A stretch of 64,000 bases of DNA from an uncultured Pseudomonadota bacterium (GTDB lineage Bacteria; Pseudomonadota; Alphaproteobacteria; Rs-D84): positions 97,101 through 161,100 of the forward strand of contig CADCGT010000001.1 of the NCBI GenBank assembly GCA_902801125.1, read 5' to 3'. Positions 1 to 9,914 of this stretch are shown piece by piece (within the stretch, counting starts at the first letter, position 1; each line of letters starts with the position of its first letter). The notes below the pieces were generated by a model that did no database searches, was not told the origin of the DNA, and worked only from the letters and a program-made list of their open reading frames with translations. The translations under genes and the position numbers were made by a program.

Positions 1-23
1 ATAAAATTGGGGGATTTATTGAT

Positions 24-3000
24 ATGTTAAAGTTCTTTGTTAAACGGCCAGTGACAACGGTTATGTTTGTGTTGTTGTTCGTGGTGTTGGGGTTGGTGTC
101 TTTTCCGAAAATGAATATCGAACGCACGCCGGCATTGGACTTTCCAATGGTGACCGCGACATTTGTATATCCCGGTGCCGCGCCCGCAGAAATAGAATCC
201 CAGGTTATTAAAAAGGCCGAAGATGCCATGTCCCAGGTGCCAGAGTTAAAAAAACTTACATCCCAGGCATTTGAAAACGGCGGCTATGTTATGGCTGAAT
301 TTAATTTGGGCGTCAATGTCAATGACAAGGCCAGCGAAGTTAAATCTAAAATCGATGCGTTGGCATCCGAATTCCCAACAGATTTGAAACAGCCCGTTAT
401 TGAAAAATTAAATCCATTGCAAACATCGGTGGTTGATATCGCGTTGTCGGGGGCGTCACTGCGTGATTTAAAAGAATACGCCGATGACATATTGGCAAAC
501 AAAATTACAGGTATAAACGGTGTTGCAAGTGTTTCGGTTTTCGGGGGCGAAGAACGCGCAATACGTGTTGCGTTGAATCCAGAATCTATGGCGGCGCATG
601 GCATTACGATAATGGATGTTGTTGCCGCATTCGGGGCCAGTAACCTGAACGTGCCGGGGGGCAAGATAGAGGCCGGCGCCGATTCGTCCAGTGTGCGTTT
701 TATCGGCGAATTTGATTCGGTTGATGCGATTAAAAACCTGCATATAACAACGGCCGAAGGTCAAAAGTTTCGTGTGTCGGATGTTGCAAGTGTGACCGAT
801 TCTGCGCGTGATATTGAAAACGGTGCGCGGTATAATGGCGAAAGTGTTGTTATTGCGTCTGTGGTCAAGGCAACCGATGGAAATGCGATAAAAATTTCAC
901 GCGCATTAAATAAAGAGTTGCCAAACTTTACCAAAGATTTGAAATCTCGATTCCCGGATGCAACGATGGAAATTATTTCTGATTCGTCGATAGTGGTTTC
1001 CGATGAAACATCGGGGACAATAAACGGTATTATACTGGGGGTTATATTCACGGTTATTGTGTTGTTGGCCTTTACGCGGAATTGGCGTTCGACAATTATT
1101 GCAGGCGTTGTGATTCCGGCATCGTTGATTGCGGGGTTATTCTTGGTTGATGCAAGTGGGTTTACAATAAATGCGATGACTTTGTTGGCGTATTCGTCGG
1201 CGTTAGGAACATTGGTGTCAAATGCCATTATTCTTATCGAGGCCGCATTGCAAGAAATGCGCGCCGGCAAAGACCCCGAGACCGCCGCGTTGGACGGAAC
1301 GAAAAAGGTCGCGGTTTCCGTGTTCGCGGGCGTTGGAACAAATGTTGTGGTGTTTTTGCCGTTGGCGTTTATGGGCGGAATTGCCGGTAAATTTATGTCG
1401 CAATTTGGTATGACGGTTGTGTATTTGACGGTGCTGTCGTTGGTGTTCTCGTTCACATTGGCACCAATGATGATTGCAAAAATTCTGCGTTTGCCGCGGA
1501 TGCGTCATATCACAATCAATATGGAAAAAAAATCACTTATGCAGCGGTGGTTTGCGTATCAATATAAACATTCGGGCCGTGTGATTTTGATGGCGGTGTT
1601 GGTGTTGTTTGGGTCTGCGTTTTTGATGCGGTTTACCGGAAATGAATTTAGTCCGTCAACCGATGCAAACGAAATAAATATTACCGCGCGTGCGCCAATG
1701 GGGGCGACATATGAACGGTCTGAACAGATTGCGACGGATATTGAAAAGGTATTGCATAATTTTGACGAGGTTAAATCGACATCGGTCAAGATTGGTGAAC
1801 GTGGTCTGCAAAATATCGCGGTGAAAATAAAATTGGTTGAAAAATCAGACCGCCGACACAGCGATAAAGAAATCGCACGCCGGATGTTGCCTGAATTGAA
1901 TAAAATACCCGATGCAGAAATTCAAATTCGTGCAGGCGAAGGTGTTTCCAGTTCTATATCGTCCGATATTGTGTTGAATATATTTGGTGAAGATGATGCA
2001 AAACGCCAAGAATATGCGTTGCGTGCGTTGGATGCAATAAATAATATCGGCGAAGTCCAAACCGCCGTGTTGGCACAACAAACGCCGGGCGATGAAATAC
2101 GCTTTATGCCCGATGCCGATAAAATGGATTTTTGGGGAATCAAGAATTCTTATGCGGGGGGCGCGTTGCGAACGGCACTGTATGGAAATGATACATATAA
2201 ATACAAAGAACGTGGCGAAGAATATCCAATTATCCTTGAATTCGCACGCCCATTCCGCGATGCATCTTTGTTTGACAATGTGTTGCTGAATTCGCAAAAG
2301 GGTATGGTTGCATTGTCCGAATTGGGGACCGCACAACGCACAACCGCAACATCGGATATTCGGCGTTTGGATAAAAATCGTATAACCGAAATTGATATAA
2401 ATATCGGTAAATCTACCAGTGGCCCCGTTCAACAAAAAATTGTCCAGGCATTGGATAAAATGGAGTGGGATATGGGTTATGGATATAACTTTGGCGGTAT
2501 GGCGGAAATTCAAAGCGAAACCACCGGTGAAATAGGCCAGGCCTTTATGTTGGCGACGATTTTAACATTTATGTTGTTGGCCGCGATTTTGAATTCGCTT
2601 ATTCACCCGTTCACAATTGCGACATCGATTATAACAAGTTTTGCCGGTGTGTTTATATTGTTGTTCTTATCTGGGGCGTCGACAAATGTCGGGGCTATGA
2701 TGGCGTTTGTTATGTTGGTCGGATTGGTGGTGAATAATAATATTTTGGTTCTTGAACCAACAATCAACAGAATTCGCCACGGTCAAAATATGAAGAATGC
2801 AATATGGACCGAACTGAATGAAAAAAAGAATATGGTGTTGATGACATCTATTGCGGTTATGGCGGGTATGTTGCCGCAATTGTGGAGTGCCGACGGTATG
2901 AAACGCGCAATGGCGGCGGTTATGATTGGGGGGATGTTGGCGTCACTGATTTGGACATTTGTGCTTACGCCGGCATTGTTTTTTGCGATGGAACGCCTGC

Positions 3001-3026
3001 GCCAAAAATTAAAAGGAAAAAAATAA
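24..3026 (+). CDS. RND-family multidrug efflux permease (AcrB/AcrD/AcrF-like), 1000 aa
   Basis: Size and 12-TM-plus-two-periplasmic-loop layout typical of the RND superfamily. ATG at 24. Confidence 0.85.
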   Translation: MLKFFVKRPVTTVMFVLLFVVLGLVSFPKMNIERTPALDFPMVTATFVYPGAAPAEIESQVIKKAEDAMSQVPELKKLTSQAFENGGYVMAEFNLGVNVNDKASEVKSKIDALASEFPTDLKQPVIEKLNPLQTSVVDIALSGASLRDLKEYADDILANKITGINGVASVSVFGGEERAIRVALNPESMAAHGITIMDVVAAFGASNLNVPGGKIEAGADSSSVRFIGEFDSVDAIKNLHITTAEGQKFRVSDVASVTDSARDIENGARYNGESVVIASVVKATDGNAIKISRALNKELPNFTKDLKSRFPDATMEIISDSSIVVSDETSGTINGIILGVIFTVIVLLAFTRNWRSTIIAGVVIPASLIAGLFLVDASGFTINAMTLLAYSSALGTLVSNAIILIEAALQEMRAGKDPETAALDGTKKVAVSVFAGVGTNVVVFLPLAFMGGIAGKFMSQFGMTVVYLTVLSLVFSFTLAPMMIAKILRLPRMRHITINMEKKSLMQRWFAYQYKHSGRVILMAVLVLFGSAFLMRFTGNEFSPSTDANEINITARAPMGATYERSEQIATDIEKVLHNFDEVKSTSVKIGERGLQNIAVKIKLVEKSDRRHSDKEIARRMLPELNKIPDAEIQIRAGEGVSSSISSDIVLNIFGEDDAKRQEYALRALDAINNIGEVQTAVLAQQTPGDEIRFMPDADKMDFWGIKNSYAGGALRTALYGNDTYKYKERGEEYPIILEFARPFRDASLFDNVLLNSQKGMVALSELGTAQRTTATSDIRRLDKNRITEIDINIGKSTSGPVQQKIVQALDKMEWDMGYGYNFGGMAEIQSETTGEIGQAFMLATILTFMLLAAILNSLIHPFTIATSIITSFAGVFILLFLSGASTNVGAMMAFVMLVGLVVNNNILVLEPTINRIRHGQNMKNAIWTELNEKKNMVLMTSIAVMAGMLPQLWSADGMKRAMAAVMIGGMLASLIWTFVLTPALFFAMERLRQKLKGKK

Positions 3027-3027
3027 A

Positions 3028-3486
3028 ATGGTACAAGAAATTAGATTTTGTAAGCCTGAGGGTGAATATTATTTTTTAAGTCCGTTGGCGGCATTTCCAA
3101 TAAAAATGTCTGTGGATGGTAAATTGTTTACTTTTCCGACGGTGGAACATTATTACCAGGCGATGAAATTTTATGTGTCTGATCCGCGTTTCCACATTGT
3201 TTTGCATCAAGACAATCCCGATATGGCGCGATTGCTTACAAAAACACCGGAATATAAAACAAATCGTCGCGCCAATTTTGATGGGCAGAAATTTGAAATT
3301 ATGGAAAACGCATTGCGCGCAAAGTTTAAACAAAATCCCGACGCGGCGGAAATGTTAAAATCTACGGGTGATGCAATATTGATAAAATCTTGCCCGGTGT
3401 GTTATAAGTGCGGTTTTGGGGAAGGTTCCGGATTTAATCGTATTGGAAAAGTGTTGATGCAAATTCGTGCCGAATTGCAAAAGTAA
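3028..3486 (+). CDS. NADAR (DUF1768, YbiA-like) domain protein
   Basis: EHYYQAMKF motif characteristic of NADAR/YbiA. ATG is 1 nt after the RND stop, so the two genes appear translationally coupled. Confidence 0.7.
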   Translation: MVQEIRFCKPEGEYYFLSPLAAFPIKMSVDGKLFTFPTVEHYYQAMKFYVSDPRFHIVLHQDNPDMARLLTKTPEYKTNRRANFDGQKFEIMENALRAKFKQNPDAAEMLKSTGDAILIKSCPVCYKCGFGEGSGFNRIGKVLMQIRAELQK

Positions 3487-3491
3487 TATTT

Positions 3492-3516
3492 ACGGGGCGT
3501 GGCCCCGTTTTTATTT
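3492..3516 (+). terminator. rho-independent terminator
   Basis: Hairpin acggggcgtggccccgt followed by a T-run. Confidence 0.6.
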
Positions 3517-3570
3517 GATATATTTATTTATATGTATATAATGCGGTGAATTAAAACAAAAGGTTATGAT

Positions 3571-4167
3571 ATGTTAAAACCGGTCAAGGTTGTTTTATTT
3601 GATTTCGATGGAACACTGTCTGGGCGTGATACGAATATGGAATTTTCACGGTTCTGTTTTCGGCATTCGATTCGACCCTGGGTGTTTTTGCCATGGATGG
3701 GGGTGTGTGCGATTGTGCGCCTGTTTAATCCAGGGGGCATTTGGTGGCGGCAAAATATTCGCCGTTTTATTAGTGCAGATTTGGTGCGTCGTTTCGCAAA
3801 GGATTTTATAAAGCAACATAAACGCGAACGCTTTGGGTGGGCGGCGGACAAGGTTGCCGATGAACGCGCGCGTGGAAATATGGTTGTTTTATTGACTGCG
3901 TCGCCGGATTATTTGATTCCAAAATTGGTTGGTGACATGAAATTTGATGCGGTAATTTGTTCACAGATGGATTCTGCGCGTCCGTGGAAATATAAAACAT
4001 TTTGTTGGGGTAAAAATAAAGTCGTGTTGATGGATGCGTGGGCGCGTGAACATAAATTTATACCACATGTTGTGCGCGCATATTCGGACAGTAAATCTGA
4101 TTTACCAATGATGGAAATCGCCGACCAACAGATATGGATAAACCCAAAAACCGGTTTGCCACGATAG
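3571..4167 (+). CDS. HAD-superfamily hydrolase (subfamily IB, phosphoserine-phosphatase-like)
   Basis: N-terminal LFDFDGTL (DxDGT motif I). Confidence 0.75.
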   Translation: MLKPVKVVLFDFDGTLSGRDTNMEFSRFCFRHSIRPWVFLPWMGVCAIVRLFNPGGIWWRQNIRRFISADLVRRFAKDFIKQHKRERFGWAADKVADERARGNMVVLLTASPDYLIPKLVGDMKFDAVICSQMDSARPWKYKTFCWGKNKVVLMDAWAREHKFIPHVVRAYSDSKSDLPMMEIADQQIWINPKTGLPR

Positions 4168-4202
4168 TGGTTAGTGCGGGCGCGGATGCGCCCGTGTTTT
4201 TT
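4165..4202 (+). repeat. Short member of the TTAGTGG-hairpin element family, doubling as terminator
   Basis: tagtggttagtg overlaps the stop codon, followed by hairpin cgggcgcggatgcgcccg and a T-run. Confidence 0.6.
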
Positions 4203-4386
4203 ATGTTTATATATGATAAAATGCCTGTGTCGGCGTATTCTGCCGATGGGGCGTCGTGAACAACATTTGAACATGACAGACGTCGCAAAAATGTTTCATA
4301 TTTCACGCAAAGAATATATGTTAAAATGCAAATGATATTTGTGCTATACGACAAAATCCGCCGTATAGCTGATTTTTTACTGGCCA

Positions 4387-5265
4387 CTAATTATCAAAAT
4401 CCAATTCTTTTAATTTTTCTGCGCGGGGGGTGATTTTATTCACCGATGTTTGTAATTGTTCTATGTCGGTTTGCGCCATGTTAAAGTGTTGTGAAACCTT
4501 GGTCGCGCGTTCGGCAAGGCGCGAAAGGTCGGTCAACAACATATCCAATTCCCGTTTGATTTGACCCGCAACACGCTTTATTTTTATATCGGACAGCACC
4601 GCGCGAATCGTATTCAATGTTGCCCACAATGTTGATGGTGAAACAATAAAAACCTTTTTGCGCGCGGCGTATTCAACCGCGCCCGGAAATTCACGGTGCA
4701 ATGTTTCAAATATGGATTCCGATGCGATAAACATCATCGCACTGTCCGCCGTTTTGCCCGGAATAATATATTTTTCGGCAATGGCGTCTATGTGTTTGCG
4801 GACATCCAGTTCAAACTGTTTCCGGTACAATTCTGGGTTATCGCCGCTTTGCACGCGGGAATAAGATTCCAATGGAAATTTGCTGTCGATTATCATATCA
4901 CCCGGCGGATACGGCAGGCGGATTATGCAATCGGGCCGGACGCCCGTTTCCATAACATGTTGAAACGCGTAGGTTTCCGGGGGCATGATGTCGGCAACCA
5001 AATCTTCCAGTTGTTTTTCGCCGAATGTGCCACGCGCCTGTTTGTTGCCCATAAGGATGTTTTTGAAATTCGCGATATCTGCACTTATACTTTTTAATTC
5101 ATTTGCGTTTTGCGCCAACACGCCAAGCCTTTCCGCCAACCGTTCGCGCAGGCGCGTATTGTCTTCACGCAGGCCCGACATATCAATTTGCGTCGGCCGC
5201 ATCAATAATGCCCCCAACATCACGATTATAATCGCACACATCACAATTAAAATATAAGTTGTCAT
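4387..5265 (-). CDS. rmuC: DNA recombination protein RmuC
   Basis: RmuC-like coiled-coil N-terminus and conserved C-terminal domain. Start taken at the MTTYILIV Met (ATG at 5265). The longer ORF to 5514 would overlap def. Confidence 0.8.
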   Translation of the reverse strand: MTTYILIVMCAIIIVMLGALLMRPTQIDMSGLREDNTRLRERLAERLGVLAQNANELKSISADIANFKNILMGNKQARGTFGEKQLEDLVADIMPPETYAFQHVMETGVRPDCIIRLPYPPGDMIIDSKFPLESYSRVQSGDNPELYRKQFELDVRKHIDAIAEKYIIPGKTADSAMMFIASESIFETLHREFPGAVEYAARKKVFIVSPSTLWATLNTIRAVLSDIKIKRVAGQIKRELDMLLTDLSRLAERATKVSQHFNMAQTDIEQLQTSVNKITPRAEKLKELDFDN

Positions 5266-5308
5266 TTGGAAATCCTTTGCTATCATTTTATTATAAAAGG
5301 ATTTATGT

Positions 5309-5809
5309 ATGTTGCAAATGAAACTTTGTGGTGATTTGGTGTTGCGGGAACATTGTGCGCCCGTGGACGATATTACCCCGGGTATTTTGAAGACTATGGA
5401 TGAAATGGTTAAAATGATGCGTGACCAAAGTGGCGTCGGCCTGGCCGCGCCCCAGGTTGGTGTGACCAAAAGATTCTTGGTGATGATGAACCCGGAAACC
5501 GAGGAAGTTTTCAAAATGATAAATCCGGTTATTACATCCCGTTCGGCCGATACCGTTGTTATGGAAGAAGGTTGCCTGTCGGTGTTGGGGCCGGACGATT
5601 TGCCGGTCTATGCCAATGTGTCACGCCCGGCGGTTGTCACCGTGGAATGGGTGGGGGTGGATGGTAAAAAATACGCCGCCGAAATGTCGGGCATAATGGC
5701 GCGCATTGTGCAACACGAAACAGACCACCTTGATGGGGTATTGTTTATTGACCTGTTGACGGGGGCAAAGCGCGAAATGGTCATGCGCAAGGTAAGGCGG
5801 CGCAAATGA
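5309..5809 (+). CDS. def: peptide deformylase
   Basis: GLAAPQVG, EGCLS and HETDHLDG motifs. Confidence 0.95.
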   Translation: MLQMKLCGDLVLREHCAPVDDITPGILKTMDEMVKMMRDQSGVGLAAPQVGVTKRFLVMMNPETEEVFKMINPVITSRSADTVVMEEGCLSVLGPDDLPVYANVSRPAVVTVEWVGVDGKKYAAEMSGIMARIVQHETDHLDGVLFIDLLTGAKREMVMRKVRRRK

Positions 5810-6609
5810 AAGTTGTTTTAATGGGAACCCCGGATTTTGTTGTGCCGATATTTGATGCCGTGGCCACGCGACACGATGTTGTTGCGGTATTCACCCGCGC
5901 ACCAAAGCCCGTGGGGCGTAAACATATTATAACTAAATCGCCGGTGCATGTTTGGGCGGAATCGCGTGGGTTGCCCGTATATCATAAACCGTCCGAATAT
6001 AACTTTACGCCCGATATGGTTTTTGTTGCGGCGTATGGTGCGATATTGCGCGATAATGTCTTAAATTCTGCGCCGTGTGTGAATTTGCACCCAAGTTTGT
6101 TGCCACGCTATCGCGGGCCGTCGCCGATTCGCACTGCAATTAAAAACGGTGATGCCGAAAGTGCGGTATGTTTGATGAAAATGACGGCGGAACTGGACGC
6201 TGGCGATATTTTAATGTGTAAAAAATTCAATATTGATATTGATGATACAAATGAAACGGTGGAAGAAAAGGTTTCAAAAATCGGTTCGGAAATGATAATC
6301 GAATATATGGATGCGCCGGAAAAATTTCCGCCGGTTCCGCAAAGTGGAAAAATCGTCTATACGGCGAAAACCGGCGTATACGACGAAATTATAGATTGGA
6401 AAAAATCCGCATTTGAAATACATAATTTGGTCCGCGCATTTGGGGCGGGACGCACAAAAATAAACGGCACAGATGTCAAAATATTAAAGACAAAAATGAA
6501 CGGCGATAATTTGGAAATTATCACAATTCAACCCGTGGGCAAAAAGCCAATGGATTGGAAAAGTTTTGTAAATGGACTGCGTGGTGCAGAAATAAGATAT
6601 GGTGAGTAA
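5806..6609 (+). CDS. fmt: methionyl-tRNA formyltransferase
   Basis: Formyltransferase N-domain. 4-nt overlap with def, the classical def-fmt pair. Confidence 0.9.
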   Translation: MKVVLMGTPDFVVPIFDAVATRHDVVAVFTRAPKPVGRKHIITKSPVHVWAESRGLPVYHKPSEYNFTPDMVFVAAYGAILRDNVLNSAPCVNLHPSLLPRYRGPSPIRTAIKNGDAESAVCLMKMTAELDAGDILMCKKFNIDIDDTNETVEEKVSKIGSEMIIEYMDAPEKFPPVPQSGKIVYTAKTGVYDEIIDWKKSAFEIHNLVRAFGAGRTKINGTDVKILKTKMNGDNLEIITIQPVGKKPMDWKSFVNGLRGAEIRYGE

Positions 6610-7367
6610 TGACGCGATATAAAGTAATCTTGGAATACGATGGAACGAATCTGATTGGGTGGCAGGAAAACACCCAAGGCCCGTCTGTGCAATCGTTATT
6701 AAAAGATGCTGTCGAGAAATTCTGTGGCGCGCGGCCAGATATTGTTGGGGCGGGGCGGACCGATGCCGGTGTGCACGCGGTTGCGATGACGGCGCACTTT
6801 GATTTGGATAAAGATTTTGATGCCACAACCGTTATGCGTGCGGTAAATTTCTATCTGAATAATGCGCCGGTGTCTGTATTGGATTGTGAAAAGGTTCCTG
6901 ATGATTTTAATGCGCGGTTTTCCTGTATCGCGCGTCATTATAAATACATTATATTAAATCGTTCGGCACCACCGGTCTTGGACAAGAATCGCGTCTGGTG
7001 GGTGCCAAGAAAATTGAATATAAATGCAATGCGTAATGCGGCCAAATTATTGCCCGGTAAACACGATTGGACATCGTTTCGTGCGTCCCAGTGCCAGGCG
7101 AAAAGTCCGATAAAAACCCTGGATTCGTGCCGTATAGAAAAGAAAGATGAATATATAGTATTTGATTTTTCGGCGCGTTCTTTCCTGCATCACCAGGTTA
7201 GAAATATGGTCGGGACATTGGTGGAAATCGGCCTTGGGACACCGTATAATATAGATGAAATATTTGCCGCACGCAATCGTTCGGCGGCGGGCGCAACCGC
7301 GCCGGCGGCGGGCCTTTATTTTATTCGGGCGGATTATGCCACAGACGATGTGATGGCACATAAATAA
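6609..7367 (+). CDS. truA: tRNA pseudouridine(38-40) synthase
   Basis: GAGRTDAGVHA catalytic-Asp motif. Follows fmt. Confidence 0.9.
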   Translation: MTRYKVILEYDGTNLIGWQENTQGPSVQSLLKDAVEKFCGARPDIVGAGRTDAGVHAVAMTAHFDLDKDFDATTVMRAVNFYLNNAPVSVLDCEKVPDDFNARFSCIARHYKYIILNRSAPPVLDKNRVWWVPRKLNINAMRNAAKLLPGKHDWTSFRASQCQAKSPIKTLDSCRIEKKDEYIVFDFSARSFLHHQVRNMVGTLVEIGLGTPYNIDEIFAARNRSAAGATAPAAGLYFIRADYATDDVMAHK

Positions 7368-9258
7368 CGCGACCATTTCGATATACAACCGCACCACCAT
7401 GAATTATTTTATTTCCACACTGTTCAGAATTTATTTTAAAATATGATGCGATATATCGCGTAGATTCATCGTTGCATATTGAAAACAAATTGCGCGAAAG
7501 CGGAACAAAATTTTGTATATATACCAATTTCCAATCATTGATTAAAATTGTGTATACGCCGGATTCTTTGGGCAAGCGTTCATTTACATCACTTGGCATT
7601 TCGCCATTTGATTTGCGCCATGTGTCAAATGCAAAGTAATTACCACTGTCATGTGATTTGTTGAATTTTAATTTTCCGTCCTGTACCGCGCCAATCAATT
7701 TATGGTCATTAGAGATATAAAATACCGGGCGTGGCTTTGACGCCCATATAATTATTCCAATTGTGCAGAATGTGATTGCAAGTACGATGTTTATGTGGCG
7801 CGCAATTATGGTTTTGTATGAATCCAGGTTTCGAATTATGATTAAACACGCCAATCCAATAATTATAAATATCACCGATTCGTTCGGCATTATGCCAAAT
7901 GTAATATTCCCGTGGGGCAGGGCGGAGATGCGTTCTGCGATATTAAATAATTTATCATATATGATGTGCGCCAAATTCAGTGGGCCGTGCCACCCAAACA
8001 CCGCACAGATTGTTCCGATTATTACACACGGCATAAGGATAAATGAAAACAGTGGCAAAAATATCATATTCCCGATAATTCCATAAATTGGAAATTCGCC
8101 AAAGTGCAACAATACAAATGGCGTGGTGAATACGGTTGCGACCAAAGTTGTCAAAAACGCGGCGTATATGTATTTTAATATGCGGTTGTTCGGCATGCGC
8201 GGATTGACATTTTGCCAAAGCCACATTATTCCGAATATCGCCGCAAAAGATAATTGAAAGCCTGCACGCATTACATAATATGGATTTATAATCGCCAACA
8301 AGATAAATGCTATGGATGCCATGCGCAAAGAAATTGCGCCTCGCCCAACAATTACCGCGACCATAACCAGTGTGGTCATTAAAAATGCGCGCAATGTTGC
8401 AACGCCGCATCCTGATATAAATAAATACCCCACCAGGCCGCACCACGCGCATACCGTCGCAGGCAGACGCGCCGGCGTGCGACGAACCAATTTTGGTATG
8501 CAACGAAATATCATATAGAATACTATAAATAACCAACCCGCAATAATGCCCATGTGATAACCACTTATAGACCAAAGGTGGGCAACACCGTTCGCGTTCC
8601 ATGTGTCCCTTTGTTCGGGTGAAATCGCATTTTTGTATCCCAACAAAAGTGCATTTGATAAAAATGAATTTGATTTATTTTTAATATATTCGCGAACGCT
8701 GTATACATTGGAATCCGCCGTATAGAGCGTTTTTATGTCTTTGATATAACCGGTTGCGGTCATACCATTAAAATATGCGTGTCGCGCAAAATCGAATCCG
8801 TTCGGCACGTCCGCCGGTTTTGGTTTAAACAGGCCACCCGTGCCAGAAATTGTGTCACCAACATTTGCGTCAACCGAATCGGCGGTTGATACGCGTATGT
8901 TCCCAAAATCACGCGTTGACATGTATATGCGGGTTTTGTCCAATGTTGTTTCTATACCGGTAATTTGACCAGTGATCTCAATTCCATGTGTGTCATGCGC
9001 CAACATCGGTGTGTCTTGCATTCTTGTGTATATGCCGGCATAGCCGAATCCCGCAATAAAACACATAACCAATGCAAGAATCGGAATTTTGCGAAATGCG
9101 ATTATTCCGCATATCCCCGCACACAGCGCAATGGTCAATGTTACAAGGCCGGGTTCATTGTATAACGAGAAATAAAGCGCAATTCCAAATCCCAGAAAAA
9201 CCGGTGTCCACAGAAAAGAATTTAATTTTTGTGCGGAAATCCATTTGCGCATAATCAA
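7321..9258 (-). CDS. comEC: DNA internalization-related competence protein ComEC/Rec2
   Basis: Large polytopic membrane protein with a ComEC/Rec2 competence-domain signature. Confidence 0.75.
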   Translation of the reverse strand: MIMRKWISAQKLNSFLWTPVFLGFGIALYFSLYNEPGLVTLTIALCAGICGIIAFRKIPILALVMCFIAGFGYAGIYTRMQDTPMLAHDTHGIEITGQITGIETTLDKTRIYMSTRDFGNIRVSTADSVDANVGDTISGTGGLFKPKPADVPNGFDFARHAYFNGMTATGYIKDIKTLYTADSNVYSVREYIKNKSNSFLSNALLLGYKNAISPEQRDTWNANGVAHLWSISGYHMGIIAGWLFIVFYMIFRCIPKLVRRTPARLPATVCAWCGLVGYLFISGCGVATLRAFLMTTLVMVAVIVGRGAISLRMASIAFILLAIINPYYVMRAGFQLSFAAIFGIMWLWQNVNPRMPNNRILKYIYAAFLTTLVATVFTTPFVLLHFGEFPIYGIIGNMIFLPLFSFILMPCVIIGTICAVFGWHGPLNLAHIIYDKLFNIAERISALPHGNITFGIMPNESVIFIIIGLACLIIIRNLDSYKTIIARHINIVLAITFCTIGIIIWASKPRPVFYISNDHKLIGAVQDGKLKFNKSHDSGNYFAFDTWRKSNGEMPSDVNERLPKESGVYTILINDWKLVYIQNFVPLSRNLFSICNDESTRYIASYFKINSEQCGNKIIHGGAVVYRNGRVIYVPSHRLWHNPPE

Positions 9259-9573
9259 TTATTTTCCAAATATAAAATCGTTATTCGTGCTTATTCGTAT
9301 AATTGCATCTGTGTCGTCGTTCGCGGCCGAATGTTGTCGTATCGTTTTCCCACATGATTCACATCGATGTGTGATAATAAAACCGTCGCCCGATGGGGCG
9401 GCCGCGATAGGCGCCATCATGCCACCGCAATTTGATGCACGGTCGCCGGGGTTATTGTCAACATGGCGTGACCACAGGCACCGCGGACAATGATTTGTGT
9501 ACCCATTACCAAAAACCATCGCGCCACAATGGGCGCATGTAAAATTTTCGATGGTTTTGGTAAATTTCTTCAT
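9259..9573 (-). CDS. RNHCP domain protein
   Basis: YTNHCPRCLWSRHVD, the Cys/His-rich RNHCP motif. Confidence 0.7.
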   Translation of the reverse strand: MKKFTKTIENFTCAHCGAMVFGNGYTNHCPRCLWSRHVDNNPGDRASNCGGMMAPIAAAPSGDGFIITHRCESCGKTIRQHSAANDDTDAIIRISTNNDFIFGK

Positions 9574-9582
9574 GGTTTTGTA

Positions 9583-9831
9583 TTACAGACCAAGTGCATT
9601 GCGATACATCTGGGTCAATTCGTCGGTTTCGTCCAATTCATCTGGGTCCATTTTCCGCAGGCGTATCATTTGGCGAATATACTTTGGGTCAAATCCCGCG
9701 GATTTGGCTTCGCTGTAAATCTCTTTGATGTCGGCCGCGATTGCCGCCGAATCTTCGTTTAATTTTTCAATGCGTTCAATAATGGACAGTAATTGGGTGT
9801 TATCAAGTGCACCGTGATTTGCGTTTTTCAT
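9583..9831 (-). CDS. gapR: GapR-like nucleoid-associated protein (DUF2312/UPF0335)
   Basis: 82 aa with clear similarity to Caulobacter GapR (LSIIERIEKLNEDSAAIAADIKEIYSEAKSAGFD). Confidence 0.8.
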   Translation of the reverse strand: MKNANHGALDNTQLLSIIERIEKLNEDSAAIAADIKEIYSEAKSAGFDPKYIRQMIRLRKMDPDELDETDELTQMYRNALGL

Positions 9832-9914
9832 AGATGTTTTCCCCTTGTTAAAATGTACGTTTTATGATATACCATAAATTGTAAAAATCAACAAGAAACC
9901 CGAGAGAGTATAAA

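Noticed and set aside
761-2513. Several minus-strand ORFs (761-1456, 1218-1508, 1845-2513) inside the RND pump gene
   Set aside because: Antisense shadow ORFs entirely within a strongly supported 1000-aa CDS. Low-complexity translations.
4203-4386. Possible small RNA or tRNA in the 184-bp HAD/rmuC gap (and other intergenic regions)
   Set aside because: No tRNA-like T-arm (GTTCRANYC) or cloverleaf seen by eye here or in other gaps. Cannot exclude without a covariance-model scan.
5266-5514. N-terminal 83-codon extension of the rmuC ORF
   Set aside because: It would overlap the divergent def gene start and its translation has no RmuC similarity. The internal ATG at 5265 was chosen.
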